Origin: Podarcis cretensis
Lineage: Eukaryota
Reading direction: 5' to 3'
Length of the DNA: 64,000 nt
Assembly: GCA_951804945.1 (NCBI GenBank)
Contig: OX638156.1
Span: forward strand, 40,548,001-40,612,000
The translations under genes were made by a program, and so were the position numbers. The notes under the pieces were generated by a model. That model ran no database searches. It had not been told where the DNA came from and was given only the letters and a program-made list of their open reading frames with translations. Positions 35,138-49,022 of the stretch are shown here, in pieces; the first letter of the stretch is position 1, and each line of letters begins with the position of its first letter.

Positions 35138-37553
35138 ACCTCTGGTTCTATTTCTGGTTCCAGTTCTGGCACTGGCTCCTGAGGCATGAAGCAGTTTCCT
35201 GGATACCTTGTTCCGAGCCACATTTCATTGTCAAAGTTGGGCACAGGCACAAAGTGCCATGTTTCTCCTTGCTGCATCAAATCATGGAGCTGGACAGATC
35301 CCACCCACTCGCCAGTTTTCCCCCTACTGCTAAGTTTGATTTCCAGTTTCTTTTCTCTCAAGGGGGACTCAAGATGGCCTCAATTCTGAAAGCTGTGTGT
35401 CCCACTTAACCTGAGTTGTAACTGGTGCAACAAAGTAGAAGGGGGGAAGGCAACCCATCCAAAGGCTGGCCCTGCTTCAGCAAAATTAGTTTTGCATTAA
35501 AATGCAGCGGGCTGCAGATGTCACTCACTTGCTTAATATGCACTTAAACCCCCCCCCCCCCCGCCATTTCTGGCTATACCAAGTGAGGAGGGAGTGGCGT
35601 GTGCTCACACATGTGTGGGTTTTCCTCGCAGAGATTGTTGGGGGGGGGCGTGTTGTTAGATACTGTTAGTGCTTCAGGAACTGTGGGTAGCTAGATCCTG
35701 GAGGAGCCACTTCCCACGGCAGTAGACCATTTGAAAAGTAATCATTGGAACAATTAAAATCGTAATGCATAATAGAATGCAACAAATAATCTAAGACAGA
35801 CTTAAAATTATAATCATAGTAATTACCAGAATGAAGCACCAGCAAAAACCTGGGATCGTAAACTCCCTTCAAATGAACTGGCTCGGATCTTGCATCTTTT
35901 AAATAATAGTAAATAATTCATGAAGGTGATGGAAGCTCCTGTGGCTGCTGGAATCCTGCATTCAATGCCCAGTTTGATGAGTTGCCTCCCTTTCTCTTCC
36001 CCTGTCCTCTTATGACCACTGAACACCCAAGGGTGTTCCTAAAACACCAGGCTTCCTCTTAAAACTGGCATACAATCCTTAGAAGCCCATGGATGTTTGA
36101 AGAGCCCCCTGAGTCTATTCCTGGGCCCAGGATGGCCCTCCAATTGCAAGTGAGAAGGGTTCCCCCCACCTGCCTTCTCCAGGGCCTCTACTCTCCCTTT
36201 CCTTTACTCTGACCAGCTGCATCAGAAGCCGCCCCAAGCACCTGCATGGTGGTTTTTCATTGAAGTTTCCCAAATAATTCTGTGGACTGGGGAGCCTGTG
36301 CCCTTCATCGTGTCCCATCAGCCCCAGCCATCATGGCCAGTGATGAAGGATGATGGAGTCACCCCAGCCTGGGCTAAAGCCAGCAGTTTTGCTCTGAGAT
36401 AAAGCAGCAGAGTTCTTCAGAAGCATTCTCTTCCAAGTAGTGGGGGAGTCACTCCCATTCATTCAGAAACTCCTCCCCACATTTTAGGAAAACCGTGTCA
36501 TTGTTGTTTGATTTATTACCTGTCCTTTGCCCAAGGGTCCCAGGGCAGGTTGCATCATTAAAAAGAATCATTTAACCCCTTCAGACCTCGAACTCATTTT
36601 ATACCACTATAACCTGCAGTGCACGTTTAAATTTTCTCCTCATTTCTCTCCTCCCTCACTTCTACTTTTCTGTCCCTGCTTTTTTGTATGCTTTGGTTTC
36701 TTAACAGGCCAGAAACACGCCCTGGGACAGCAGCCAGGGCAGTTTTGTTCATGATGAGTACCTGGTGTGGGAGCTGGAAAACTGTTAAGCCAGCAAGGGC
36801 CTGAGATGAAGGCCCGTAAGCCCTTCCTGCCTGCTGCTGCTCCTCTTCCTCCTTATCATCTGCTGAGTCATTGTTTGCAGCTGGATCTTCTCTCATCCAA
36901 GTAGACACTCATCCCAAGGAGATGCCTGGCAATAGAGCCTTCTGTATCCAGTCAGGTGCTCCTGGGCTTTGTGCTGGGTGCACTGCTGCCATCTCTTGAG
37001 GCCCTGGGGGGCATTCTCTCTGCCGCCCTTCATGTACACAGGGGTAGCCAGTGTGGTTTCCTCCAGATGTTGTAGGATTACAAGTCCCATTGGCCATGCT
37101 AGCTGGGGCAGATGGAAGACACAGTTCAAACACACCTACCACTATGTCACTAAGGTGTGCTCACCTGGTGCTCTTAATGCCTTTGCCAACAGGCCCACCT
37201 ACAGAGAGAGGTGATGGTGATGTTAGGTAACACTAGGCCTCCTCAGTAGATCTTGCTGCCATGGCCCCTGTTATCTGTTTGGACTCCCTCAAGAAAGGCT
37301 CCACAGAACCAAGTGTCTGGCCTGCAGTTCTGCCAGTGTTCACTGACTGCCTGGACTCTCCATGTCCTTCCTCTGTGTATTGTTGGAGCTTTCCTGGCCT
37401 TGGTCGGGTTTGTTGCCCATGTGAGTCTCCACTTACATACAAGGCATGTTGAACTGGCGGTTTTGCAGGAGACTCTGACCTGCTGCGTCAAGGGAGACTT
37501 TGCACTCCTCCTTCTGTTCTGGGAGCATTTCATGAGGTGTGGGTGCCTGGCCA

Positions 37554-37609
37554 GTGGCCTTTCTCTTCTTCCTAGCCCACTGTGGCCTTTCTCTTCTTCC
37601 TAGCCCACT
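37554..37609 (+). repeat. Perfect 28-bp tandem duplication (GTGGCCTTTCTCTTCTTCCTAGCCCACT)x2
   Basis: Direct inspection. Confidence 0.95.
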
Positions 37610-40354
37610 GTTCTGTGTGTCGGTAAGGACTACTTTGGCCTGGCTGGCCTGTATCCCCTGTGGCTTTGTGGTTGGTCTTAATGCCCAGCTTCTGAGGCTG
37701 CAAGCATTAAGCCAGCTTGCACTGGCTTCCACATTTCTGTTGCCCTTGGCTGCTGGAGGCTTGTGAGCTGGACCAAGTTCTCAGTCACTCACCACCTCCT
37801 TGCTTCTTCTGCCACGGCTTCAGGTAGAGTTGTGCTGCTGCAGGTGAGCTGGCTTCCTTGCCATGGCTACTAATCTTCCAGTTGGCTGCTGAGTTTATCA
37901 GCCTCCCATCATCCAGAGAAGCATGGTTTGGCATCTGTAAAACAGCAGATGGTTCTTAGAGGAGTTAAGATGCCTGTGTTTGTGTGTGTGTTGCAAGGGG
38001 CCATGCCTCCAATTCTTCCGCTGTGCCCCTTTCTCCACAGAGTGAATGGTGGACATACATAGGATGAGTCACAAGGTCATTGTCTCATGTGATGCCTACA
38101 CTAAGTGACTGAGAGGTAGTCCTGGACTGCCCAGTCGACATCACTGGAGGATAGGATGTGGCTGTTAATTAATCTAACAGAGCTAAAATAATTGTTGCCA
38201 TTTCATTTAGAATTTACAAATGAAGTGGAAGTAGGGGAAAGCTCAGCTCAAAGGTTAAGCCTTGAATGAATGGGAGGATGATGAGGTCGCAGGTTGAGCT
38301 TCAGGAATGCAAGGAGAATGTAGCCAGGCACTCAGTCTCGTTTTATTGAACAAGCCTTTCATGGGGGATGGGCCTTTCTAGGTGCTCTTAAATATTGGGA
38401 TAAACTTTGACCATCTCTGAAGCACAGACAGAACACCATGTTCCATAATTTTAAATTCCCCTGGTGTGGATTGAGCATCATTTTCTGCCACTGATGACAC
38501 TCAGGCTCAGTGCACAAAGCACTTTAAGTGTGTGGATACTGCAGGCTTCCATCTCCCCTTCCAGATGTTAATTGTACACAGGTGCAGGCCAGGTTAGCAA
38601 TGAAAAGTTAGTAAAGCCAAAACTAGATGCAGGGGCTGGACGCCTTTATGTTTACATGTGGATAAAGTTAGCAGGGGCTTCTGATTTTTCAGACAAAAGG
38701 AAGCATGCAAGTGAGGAGTTTAAGACTTCCTCAAGTCTGTTGATTCCCTTCCCATATCATCTTCTGAGGAATGAAAAGGGAGAGGTGCCCTAGGTGGTTC
38801 AGTGGAACTTAAAAAAATGGATGCCTCATCCTACACCTGCTTATATACCATTTACAAATTTTTCTCACATTGAAGCTGCAACTCTCAGGAAGCCCAGCTT
38901 TGGGCTAACCTCCAGCTTTGATGCCGCCCTGTTTCCAGCAGCTTTGCCCCAGGGGCAAGAGGCGGGTGGGGAAGCCATTTTCTGCTCTAGAGCCCTTCAG
39001 AGCCAGGGAGAGGACAAAAAAGGTTGCAGTGAGTTCTTCAGGCCTAGATCCTTGTGGGGGCAGGGAGAAGGAAGCCTCCCACTCTCAGAACAAGGGGTGC
39101 CCCATGGAGGGCCTGGACAGATAGTGCCAATGCAGCTGGACCAAGAGAGAGCCAGGAGGCCCTGGCCAATGCCAGGCTTCACCAGCTTGGTGCTTTTCAT
39201 ATGTTTTGGACCACAACCATCTATCAACCACAGTCAGCATGATTTATCACCTTCAGTTTAAATAATATGGAGGACACCAAGTTGGTGAAAGCATTTATCG
39301 CCATTTTAGGGGAAAGAAGAGGCAACTTGCCTGCCCTGGATTTTCCAGCTGTTTGCTTCATTCATTTCCTACTTTCTTGTTTGAGTCATTCATTTCTTTC
39401 CTGCTGAATTCACAAAGCAGCCATCATCCACATTGCTGGCAGCTGAAGACACATTGCATCCCCAAATGAGAACCCGGAAGTGCAGGGACCACCAGGAACC
39501 CCCTGTGTGCAGCTGTTTGTAGCTCTAGTCTATAGCCTAGGCTCTGTGCTCCAGTGGGTGCCCTTGGGGACCAGGCTAGGCTCTCATCCCAACAAGGGCA
39601 AACCCTTTTACCAAAACTCAGGGTTCAAGGTGTAGCATAGTCTCAACAAGTTGAAGTCAAGCAGAGACAACCACTTTAGATCCAAAATGTAATCTGGAAA
39701 CATGGTTTGGCTCATAGGGAGTTCAAAAAGGAGACAGAAGCCCGTTTTTATTTACAGCTACTGGGGGGCTTAACTGGGAGGCCTTATACCCTCTGAAACC
39801 CTCTGGTCTCTGAAACCACAGCTGCTGGGAGTTAAAATGAAGGAGTATCAGAGATTGCATACTCGTGAGTAGACCTGTGATTGTATCCAAAGGCACATAC
39901 TAGGTCGTTTTTGGCCTGTACCCCAAGCTTTGGGTGCTGGCGTTCTTGAGGACTGTGCAGGGAAGGTCAAGTGAGGAGCCTCATCTGACAGTTGTAGGGA
40001 TTCTTCACCAGGGATCAACCCACACAGCCTCTCAAGTGGATCCTCAGCTTTGGATCCAGGGGCCCGTGCCTGCTCCACAGACCCTTGACCTGCAAGGTGT
40101 TTCAGTTCGTTCTTCAAGGGCTCGTGGTTATGAGAACTGTTGGGCCTCCTGCCCTTGGGCAGAAGCAGTAAGGGTTTCACTTCTCTGTTAATGAGTGATT
40201 TTTATTTTTTGTCTATGTGGACTGAGCAGGGTCCACTGCTTGGTGTGCAGGCCAAGGAAGGGGCAGGATAAGGTCACACAGAACACATAGCTCCAGCTGC
40301 TGCCCAACTCTCAAACAAGATCGGGTGAGGAGCTGACTGGAGTCCGACGTGTAA

Positions 40355-41460
40355 CATTGGAGTTTGACATGTGGGAAAGGGATCTCAAAGGACATCTGGT
40401 CGAAACTCCACCTGTAGGAAACCTCTGCAGGAAGTCACAGCTTCCATCCAGCCCTTGCTGAGGTGCCTCTAACAAAGGAGAGGTGGCCATCTTCTGAGGC
40501 AGTTTGTCCCACTGTCAAAGCAGCACGTACGCTGGACATTTTTCCTAATGTTTGCTCAAAAATCTCACTTCTTGTAATTTGAACTTGTTGATCCTGCATC
40601 CTGGAAGATCACAAAATAAATTTGCCCTGTCATCTACACCAGCCCTTCAGGTATTTGCAGACAGCTATCATTTCATCTCTAAAACTGTTCCCTCTCCATC
40701 CTGGACCTGTACAGCTGCATCAGTCTTTCCTAGCAGGTCTGACTATCCATTCTGAATCCCAGTTGCTGGAAACCATAGGAGGGGAGGACCCTCTTTTGCT
40801 CAGGCCCAGCTTGTGGGTTTCCCATTGGGGCATCTAGTTGGCTGCTGTGCAAACAGGATGCATGGCTACATGAGCCCCCTTTGGTCTGATCCAGCTGCTG
40901 AAGGGATCTTCTGATGTTCTTCATGGCAGAATGGATGCTTTGCATGCAGAAAGTTCCAGGTTCAATCTCCAGCTACTTTGGTTAAAGAATCCTCAGGAGC
41001 AGGCTGAGAAAGACGTTTCTCTCTGACAGAGACCCTCAGAGGGGCTGCTTCTGCCAGAGTAGTCCTTTCTGAGCTAATTGGACCAAAGGAAGTTTGGTCC
41101 ATCATCTTTGTGACAGCCTTTCAGTTCTTTGAAGATGGCTATCGTCTCACCTCTTAATCCTATTACCCAGGCTACACATTCAAAGCACTGTAGGCCTCTC
41201 CTCCTCTTAGGACTTGGCCTCCTGCCCTCTCTGGATGTTTTCCAGTCTACCAATATCCTTCTTAAACTGTGTTACACAGAAGTGGGCATGGCAGTCCAGG
41301 TGTAGTGCGCCCTAAGCAGAGATGGGTGATGCTGTTACAATAACATCTTCTAGATGCCTTTTTTCTGCTAATGTAGCCTAGAATTGCATTTGTCTTTTTC
41401 GCCACCACATCAGAGTTGGCCTGCGTTTAGCTTATGATTTACGGAAACCCCTAGAACCCC
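40355..41460. mobile_element. Cluster: old CR1 (-) 40355-40730, CR1 3' end (+) 40755-40922, tRNA-SINE (+) 40925-41085, CR1 (-) 41100-41460
   Basis: Similarity to other CR1 and SINE copies in this window, e.g. CAGCCCTTCAGGTATTTGCAGACAGCTATCAT vs the complement of 24978-25015, and GCTTTGCATGCAGAAAGTTCCAGGTTCAATC. Confidence 0.65.
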
Positions 41461-43709
41461 TTGTTATTTTTGAATCCTGCTGTTGGGCTTCTCTATTCTT
41501 CACTTCAGGTTTTAGCTTATATATGAAAAGGTGGGATAGGGATCACACATTGTTAGCGTTACTCATAATGAAACCATAGGGCTGTTATTATCTCTCTTCT
41601 CTGCAGCTCTCTGGTCAATTCTGTTTGTTGTCATGAACTTTTTGGAGGACTCCATTGCAGCAGGATTCTTAGTCTTTTCTTTTGTACAATGACTGCAGAT
41701 CAAAGTTCTTTTCATGTTTCAGTCCTCTTGTATATCACTTGTATATTACAGCCAGTTTATCCCAGCCAGCAGGTATGTTTGTCCTGGAGGAGCCATACTT
41801 AAAAGAGGATAATGATATTGGCCCACAAGCCTCTCTCTGGACCACGTTGGCTGGGGCAAGTGAGGAAGTGAGTCCCAAGTATAGGTACAGGAGGCAACCC
41901 TCCCTCCCTCTCTTGATGGCATATCTGAGCAGGTGCTGTGGGGAACTCATTGTCTCTCTCCCAGATTAGCAGATGTGGACTTGATCATTCCATGTAATGG
42001 GACCATATACACAACGGCTTAATTTTACATTAATTTCATACTGGCATCCCATGCTACTTGGTCAGAAGTATAGGCAATATGGTGGATAATATGGGGGTGG
42101 TGTTTTATTGCCGATGACACGCTCCTGATTCATTTGTTCTCTGTGGTAGGCAATGCTTAATCCTCCCCCTTCATGTGCACAACATTTGTACAAAACTTTT
42201 TCTTCTGCCCTGCTCACTGCCATCTTGATATTAACCCTTCCTCTGTAAACATCCATCTCTGAATCTGTTGTCTGCAATGATGATTGATATTTAGGCTACC
42301 CTGCAAAAGTACAACTTAAGGATTAAAATAGCGTGTGTGAGAGAGGGAGTATATGTGGTGTGGAGACTGGCAACACTTCCAAAACCATCTCTCCAAAGCA
42401 TTCTGAAAATAGCTCCGGGGTCTGCAGTGGCTGCCTGCCTGCAGTGGGGACCATCCGTGACAGGTGTGCCAGAAGCAGCAAAGTGACAGTTGGCTCCGCG
42501 CTTTGAGCAGAAGATGAGCAGCTGCAGAGTTTTGTCTGGCTTCAGAGGAGCAGCGGATTGTTTGGCTGTGAGGACCAGGTGGTGGCAACCCCTGAAAGGA
42601 GATGCTTGGGCCTCGTCCTGTAGCTCTCCTGCCTAAAGTGTCGGAGAGAAGGTGGAATACGGGGTGAAGGTGGATATAATACAGAAAATAACTCTTGGTG
42701 GGCCCCTCAATGACAAATGGAAATCCTACTTCCCTCCTGACTTCTCAGCTTGAATGACAACTACCCCTTTATTACTGATCTAGGGCCATTCATGAAAATG
42801 GTGCTTTATGAAGAGTGAGAGGATGCCTTGGCTCTGGAGCTTGTGGTGTAGAATATGGCACACAGGAAGCAACCGAAGAAGGGGAGGGGGAAATGGGCGT
42901 GAGGGAGGAATTGTCACACATAATATTCATAATAATTTTATTATTTATACCCTACCCATCTGGCTGGTTTGCCATTGGACTTGCCCTGCCTCGATGGCTA
43001 CGTTGGGCTACCTGCTTATATATATATATCTGAAACATTCCTCTGTTGCTTTTTAAAAATACTCTTCTGGAGCTGGGAAGGGAAGCAGTTTCTTAGCATC
43101 ACAGTTGATGCCATCAGTCAGCACCATTCACAAGCAGCCCTTTTGTTGCAGACTTGCAGAGACCTAGCATTTTCAGAGCTTGACCCTGCAGCATAGAGGA
43201 AAGGGGCATTTGAGTTAAACAGAACAAGGGCCCCGCTGTTGTTAGGCACCTTACCTTGTCACACCACCCACAGGCCCCTCTGCTCCCTGCAGTGCTCAGT
43301 CAGAGGTGCCTCTGAGAAGCCCACAAGGGGGAGGCCCTATAACCACTGGAGTTGAGGGGTGCACACTGCTCCTGCAGCTGGAGGTTCCACAGGGCCAAAC
43401 AAGATGGTTCAGGTCCATTTCAATCCAGGAACTGCCTGGTGGCATGACACTGAGCCTTCCTGAGAATGTCTTGTCATTCAAAGGTTAAGTGTCAGCCTTT
43501 GGGCTTGCTGGGCCTGAGTGCCAGGATCACTTTAGGCATTGGGCCTGACAGGAATAGTAGTGTTGAATGAGGAAGTGCAATAATAAATACTGCAAAAGAG
43601 AGAAGCTTTCCGTTGCACGCTGTGGCTTCATGCTATTGCCATCATTTTGGCATGCTGTTACTGTACCACTTGGCACATGCTGTGACTGTGCCACTTGCCA
43701 ACGGCCCAT

Positions 43710-44155
43710 TTAGTTCAGCATCCAGTAGTGGCTAGTCAAATGACCTTATGGGGAGCCTTCAAGCTGGACCTGAGCTCATCAGCACTCTCACCTCCAGCAA
43801 CTGGTATTTAGATGCATACTGCCTCTGATAGTGAAGGTACAGCATAGCTATTATAAACTTCTGTCTTGTTGCTTCGTATATCCTTTTTCTCTAAACTAAA
43901 AAGCCTCAAATGCTGCAGCCTTTCTTCACCTTGATCCTTTTGGCTGCCTTTTTCTAAACCTTTTCCAGGTCTACAATATCCTTTTTGGGGTGAGGGGACC
44001 TGGACTGTACACAATATTCTAAGAGCAGTTGCAGCATAGATTTGTATAACAGCATTATGGTATCGGCAGTTTTATTTTAAATTCCTTTCCTAATGATCCC
44101 TAGCATGGAATTTGCCTCTTTCACAGCTGCTGCACACTGAGCCGACATCTTCATT
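43710..44155 (-). mobile_element. CR1 LINE fragment with internal deletions
   Basis: Minus-strand EERLQHLRLFSLEKK..R....EVY; 3' UTR similar to 20032-20220. Confidence 0.8.
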
Positions 44156-46749
44156 TTCTCTCCCTTGGGTAGGCAACACACAATTTTTTTTTTACAAAAA
44201 AAGACTTCCCCGAGAGGCTTAGCTGCAGACATGGCAACCCGTCCGTCTGGCACAGGGCAGGCGGAGGAAGATGAGCTGGGTGAGAAATGAAAGGTGCTGC
44301 AGTTGACTGCTTGAGCTTTTCCCTGGCAGAGAGACAGAGGCCTCTGTGGCTAGGACAACTGTGCCTCTGAAGGCCCAGGTTCCTCTGGACGTGACGCAGG
44401 CCACTGACCCAGCCCGGTGACTAGGGCTTTGTATAACCACAGGCACTCCAGGGGTTTCCACTGCGAGTCAGTTTTGCCAGGGAGGGAGAGATGATGCCCT
44501 GCAAACCGCACTGCAAGCAGCTGGGAGAATATCTGCTGAGTAATACAGTAAACATCCAAAATGAGATCACTCCTGGGTAGAAGATAATTTTCCGATGCAA
44601 ACTGAATTTTTTTCAATGCAAATTACCTTAATTTGAATCTGAATTTTTTCCACTTTAAATTTTTTTAGGAAACCCACATGGCTGCACTGAGGTCTTCCTT
44701 CTCCTCTGGCTGCTAGGCAACATGCCTTGCTATCAATCCAACCCTGAGAGTTAACATACACTTGACACCTGCCCTGCTTCTCTTCTCCTCTCTTCCACAT
44801 TCTTTGGCTGACCTGCTTGGGTCTGCATTGGCTCTGCTGTTGCCATAGGATGCCAGACTCCAGTCAGCAGTTACATTCCAAAATTGTCAAAGGACAGTAC
44901 TGCTTATGGTTTTCGTGGCACCTTTTTCGGCAATAGGTTGATGGTTTTCGGCAAAATGTTGTGCATTGCCTTGGGCTGTCTTCTGATGGAGTCTGGGGGC
45001 TTCTAGTGTTCATAGTCACTATACTTCAGCTGTAAGCTGCAAGCAGAATTGCCATGGATTGACTCCTTATAACTGCTGCATTTCTTCTGTGTGGTCATTC
45101 AGCTATGTTCCATGCACCCCAGTGGGCTGTTGTGGCTGGGGAAGTTTAATTCACCTGAGAAGCCACTTGAATCTCAGCATATTTTCACTATAACTTTTGT
45201 GATGGGCACCATTTTTAACACCTTTTTGTATTTTATTTAGTACTAATGCTTTTCTGGCTGTGCTTTTTCATTTAAATGGTACTTCACTAGAGAGCCTTGG
45301 CAATATAATACAACAATGCTAATTTATTTAGAACTGCAGAAGATTAGGCGGCACATAGATTATGGGGCTCTACCCAACAGCCTGTGTGGCCAGCACCAGC
45401 TCCATCTGATTGGTAGGCCTTGTCCTCTCTCCAGGAGCCCTGGGAGTGTTACTTAGTTGCTGCAGTCCTTGCTGCAAGCAGTGCCGGGCAACTGGGCCTG
45501 ATTCCCACAATGCCCTGGGGTAATTCTATACTGGGGGCATTGGGGAAAATTAAAATAGTAACTTGACCCAACCCCCCCCCCCCAGTGCTGCTCAAAGCAG
45601 TGGGCCCTGGGTAGGTGTTATTAATGGGCCTTGTGGGGCACCTTACCTATGATGACTTCCATACATGCCAAAGTAGAGTGGGCAAGTGGCTAGAGCCAGC
45701 TGGCAGGGACAAAGACAAATTCTCAAGTAGGCAAAGAAGCCATGTAAGTTGTTGCCATCATCCTATTTCCTGAACAACTGAACTGTCACTTTTCAGATCA
45801 ACCATTTTGAGAGAATAACTGGAGGGACTCACAATAAACACAGCAAGTGGGGGGATACTAGCTACCTAACCTATCCTTTGCCATCCTGGTGCCCTTCAGA
45901 TGTTTTGGAGTACCAAAGGTGCTCTGGCAAAGGCAGGTGGGAGTTGTAGTACAGGGCAGATGGAGGGCGCCAGGTTGGCGAAGGCATGGTGAATTGATGA
46001 TTTTGAGAAGCAGGGTGAGATTCCCTCTGCATCATGCATGGGCAAAGATCACAGGGAAGTCTCCAAGGCAGACTTTCTGACTAGTTTGTCGTATATGTCA
46101 TAAAATTATTTTACAGCACAAAATGGATGTGAACACAATTTTAAAAGGGGGCAGGGAGGGAGTTCCCCAGGTTGTGGTTTTGATTTTTGATAGAGCATGT
46201 CTACCTGAGCATTTTGGACAAAGGAGGGTTGTGCTGCAATTTCTTTGAAGCCAAGTTGAGTTTCAAGCCTGGTGGTCTACTCTAGATACTTCGTCCTCTC
46301 CATTTGTGACATTCTAGAATCCAGCAGAAAATGGGTGCATGCTTTTTCTACACTTACAAATGCCTTCTGCATTGGGCAGTCTGGCCAGGGAATGTTGTTG
46401 TTGTTCATCCTGGGAAAGAGTCTTGATTGCATTCTCTCCTTGTTGATTATTGGATTTTGCTCATCAAGTGTATCTGTGGCAGTATTGAGGTGCACTGTAG
46501 CCAAGTTATCCTGAGGTGGTTTTGCATGATGTCATATGCGGAATGTTACTTTCATCATTTCCATAAGAGAGGCTTAGCAAATACCACATCTCGCCACCTG
46601 GAATACATTCGTAGGAATTGCCTCCTTCTGACCAGTATTAGAAACTGAGATATAAAAGCTAGGAGCTAAATGGCACCTTAAATCTAGGTTATGGGTGCAA
46701 CAACGGAATGTCTAGGTGCGCTTTTTTATAACAAGAATTCAAAGTTGAA

Positions 46750-47031
46750 TTTACGGATTATTTGAAAAGTATTTGTGATCACCAGACGACGTTTGTAGGT
46801 TTGCAAGAAGTTCTGTGAGGAATAATATTAGAAATACTGCAAAAATGGAGAAGGAGACGTGATATATTAAGAATGTAAAGGCAATATTAAGTTAGGAAAT
46901 GCGTAAGAAGTGATTAAGATGGAGGATTATCAGAGGTGCTGATGGAAGTCCAATAAGAATGTATTTGTGATAAATTGTGTGGTATGCTTTATAATTCTGT
47001 ATGTTAAAAACCATTAATTTTTTTTTAAAAA
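46750..47031 (+). mobile_element. 5'-truncated L1-type insertion with perfect 17-bp TSD
   Basis: AAGAATTCAAAGTTGAA at 46733-46749 and 47032-47048; AT-rich body ending in an A-rich tail. Confidence 0.8.
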
Positions 47032-47794
47032 AAGAATTCAAAGTTGAAAATGAATGAACTGCAGCTAAAAGTGTTCATTTTTCACATGGTCTACTCCTTC
47101 CCTTGCCCACCCCCCAATATTCTTAAGAGGGTCTCTTCTCCAGTCTTCAGAGAGTAGCTGGAAGTGGGGAGGCAGAAAAAGGTCCTCCTTTCCTTCGACT
47201 CTGCAGTTTTAATCTGAAATCTTAGGCACAGTACTGCGCCCAGAGCTCAGAAACTGCTTGTGCTAATGAAATTCCCTGTCGCAAAATGCGCCTAGAACAA
47301 TGGGAGTTTCGAACACTGGTCCTTGCAGTCCAGATATCCAGCTCCTTGAGACATCCCCTCTCCTCTTGGTTCTGCAAGTCTCCATAGTCTCTTCCTTCAT
47401 GTTTAATCTGACCGGTGCTGCTGGGCAAGATTGTGCATAGAGATCTGGAGTAGATGGAGAACTCCAGCTCTTGCTGTTTTTTTGTCTCTGTGTTTATGTG
47501 CGGCTTGGCTTCTATTGGCAGCTGGATGTGGGAGAGCAGAGTACAGTTAAATCAAAACCAGAGCCATGGCAGTGGTAGCAGGCAGCCCCATCTGGCAGCC
47601 AGGGATCAGGAGAGCACAGCACCCCGGGAAGAGTTCAGGCAAGCTCTCTCTAGCAAGGCAAAGGAGCTCTTCCTGGGCTATAAGAGGAGCAGGAGGCAGC
47701 AAACAGCCCTCCCAAGTTGGAGGCAGGAATGTTTCCACAAAGCATGTTGTTGTTACCTGACTTGTGTAGCTCATCCAGCAGGCTCTTCATAAGT

Positions 47795-47975
47795 TCAGGA
47801 GCAGAACACATGCTGTGCATGCAGGAGGCCCCCTTTACGTCCCCCCTGCTAGACCTACAAGTAGGGCCAGAAAGAATTCTTGTCTAAGGAGAGATGCTGG
47901 AGAGATCCTACCAGTCAGAGCTGCTGGCACTGTACTAGACGAGTGAATAGTCTCACTCTGTATTTAGCATCTTCA
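47795..47975 (+). mobile_element. Degenerate tRNA-derived SINE
   Basis: ATGCTGTGCATGCAGGAGG...CTGGAGAGATCCTACCAGTCAGAG, homologous to 1996-2191. Confidence 0.55.
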
Positions 47976-49022
47976 TCTGCCCCGCTCAGCAATCTGGGGG
48001 AGGAGCTCTAGCATCACTTGCAGTCCCCCACCTCTTGGTGCTGCCACCTTCAGTGGTACCCCCAGAAGTTTTGATGCCCCGGTCAAACATTTCTTTCTGT
48101 CTGGAAAACTTGCTTTCAAGATGTCCACCTACCTTCCATCTCAAGAAGTACATGTTTTGCCAGTGAGGCATTCCAAAGCTGTTTTCTCTTCCCGCATGCC
48201 CCCAGCCCAGTTTGACATGTGGTCCAGTTCCCGCAATAGTTTTCAGGATTTTCATCATTACTTGCAAGGAAGTCAGATTTTAGTGCAAAGGGTTCAGGCA
48301 GTTTACAGCAGAAGGGGAAGAGGCTCAGCTGGATGTGATGCAGATACTTGATGTCAGATTGATGTGTTCCCAGCAGTGGCTTGGAGAGGGGCTTGCATGA
48401 TAGATGTGAGACGAAAGGTGTCGCCAGGGCGCGTGCTTTGACCTCCTTCTCCCTCACAAAAAACACTTTGGTGCCACTTTGGGTGCCCTGTGTCTGAGAG
48501 AGCTGAATTTCTTCAAAGTAGCCCCTAGATCAGAACCGGCAGGACTCCTGGGTTCCTTGAAGAACTGCCTGGCTAGAGATGTTGCTGTTTGCAATCCTGT
48601 CATGGGTAAGAGCACTGCAGTGGGAGGTGTTCTGCCATATCTGAAAGGGGTGGGCTTCGAGGCTACCATGTTTTCCACAACTGCAGGACCGGGAGAAACC
48701 TGGAGCCTTTCCTGGAGTTCCTAGAGACAGAGAATGTGGCACTTGCCTGCTTTGCGTATATTAAAGGGTGCTCCAGAAAAAGAACAGCGTCTCAAATTGA
48801 GAGAGCCATTTACTTGCTGTTTAGTGCCAACAGGGGTGGTTCATGCCAACCCCTTCAAAGGTGGGTATTCCTTGCAGTTCAGAGAGGAAACGTATTTTAG
48901 TATGGCTTAAGTTAGGCAGAGGGTACTGTATTATCATTCTTTATTTGGTTTATTTCTATGTTAGAAAGAGGAGAGGAGAGATCAAGCATTAAATAAGACC
49001 ATTATTATCAGTAGTAGTCATC

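Noticed and set aside
46260-46630. Possible further retroelement or pseudogene fragment
   Set aside because: No translation I could assign to a family; left uncalled
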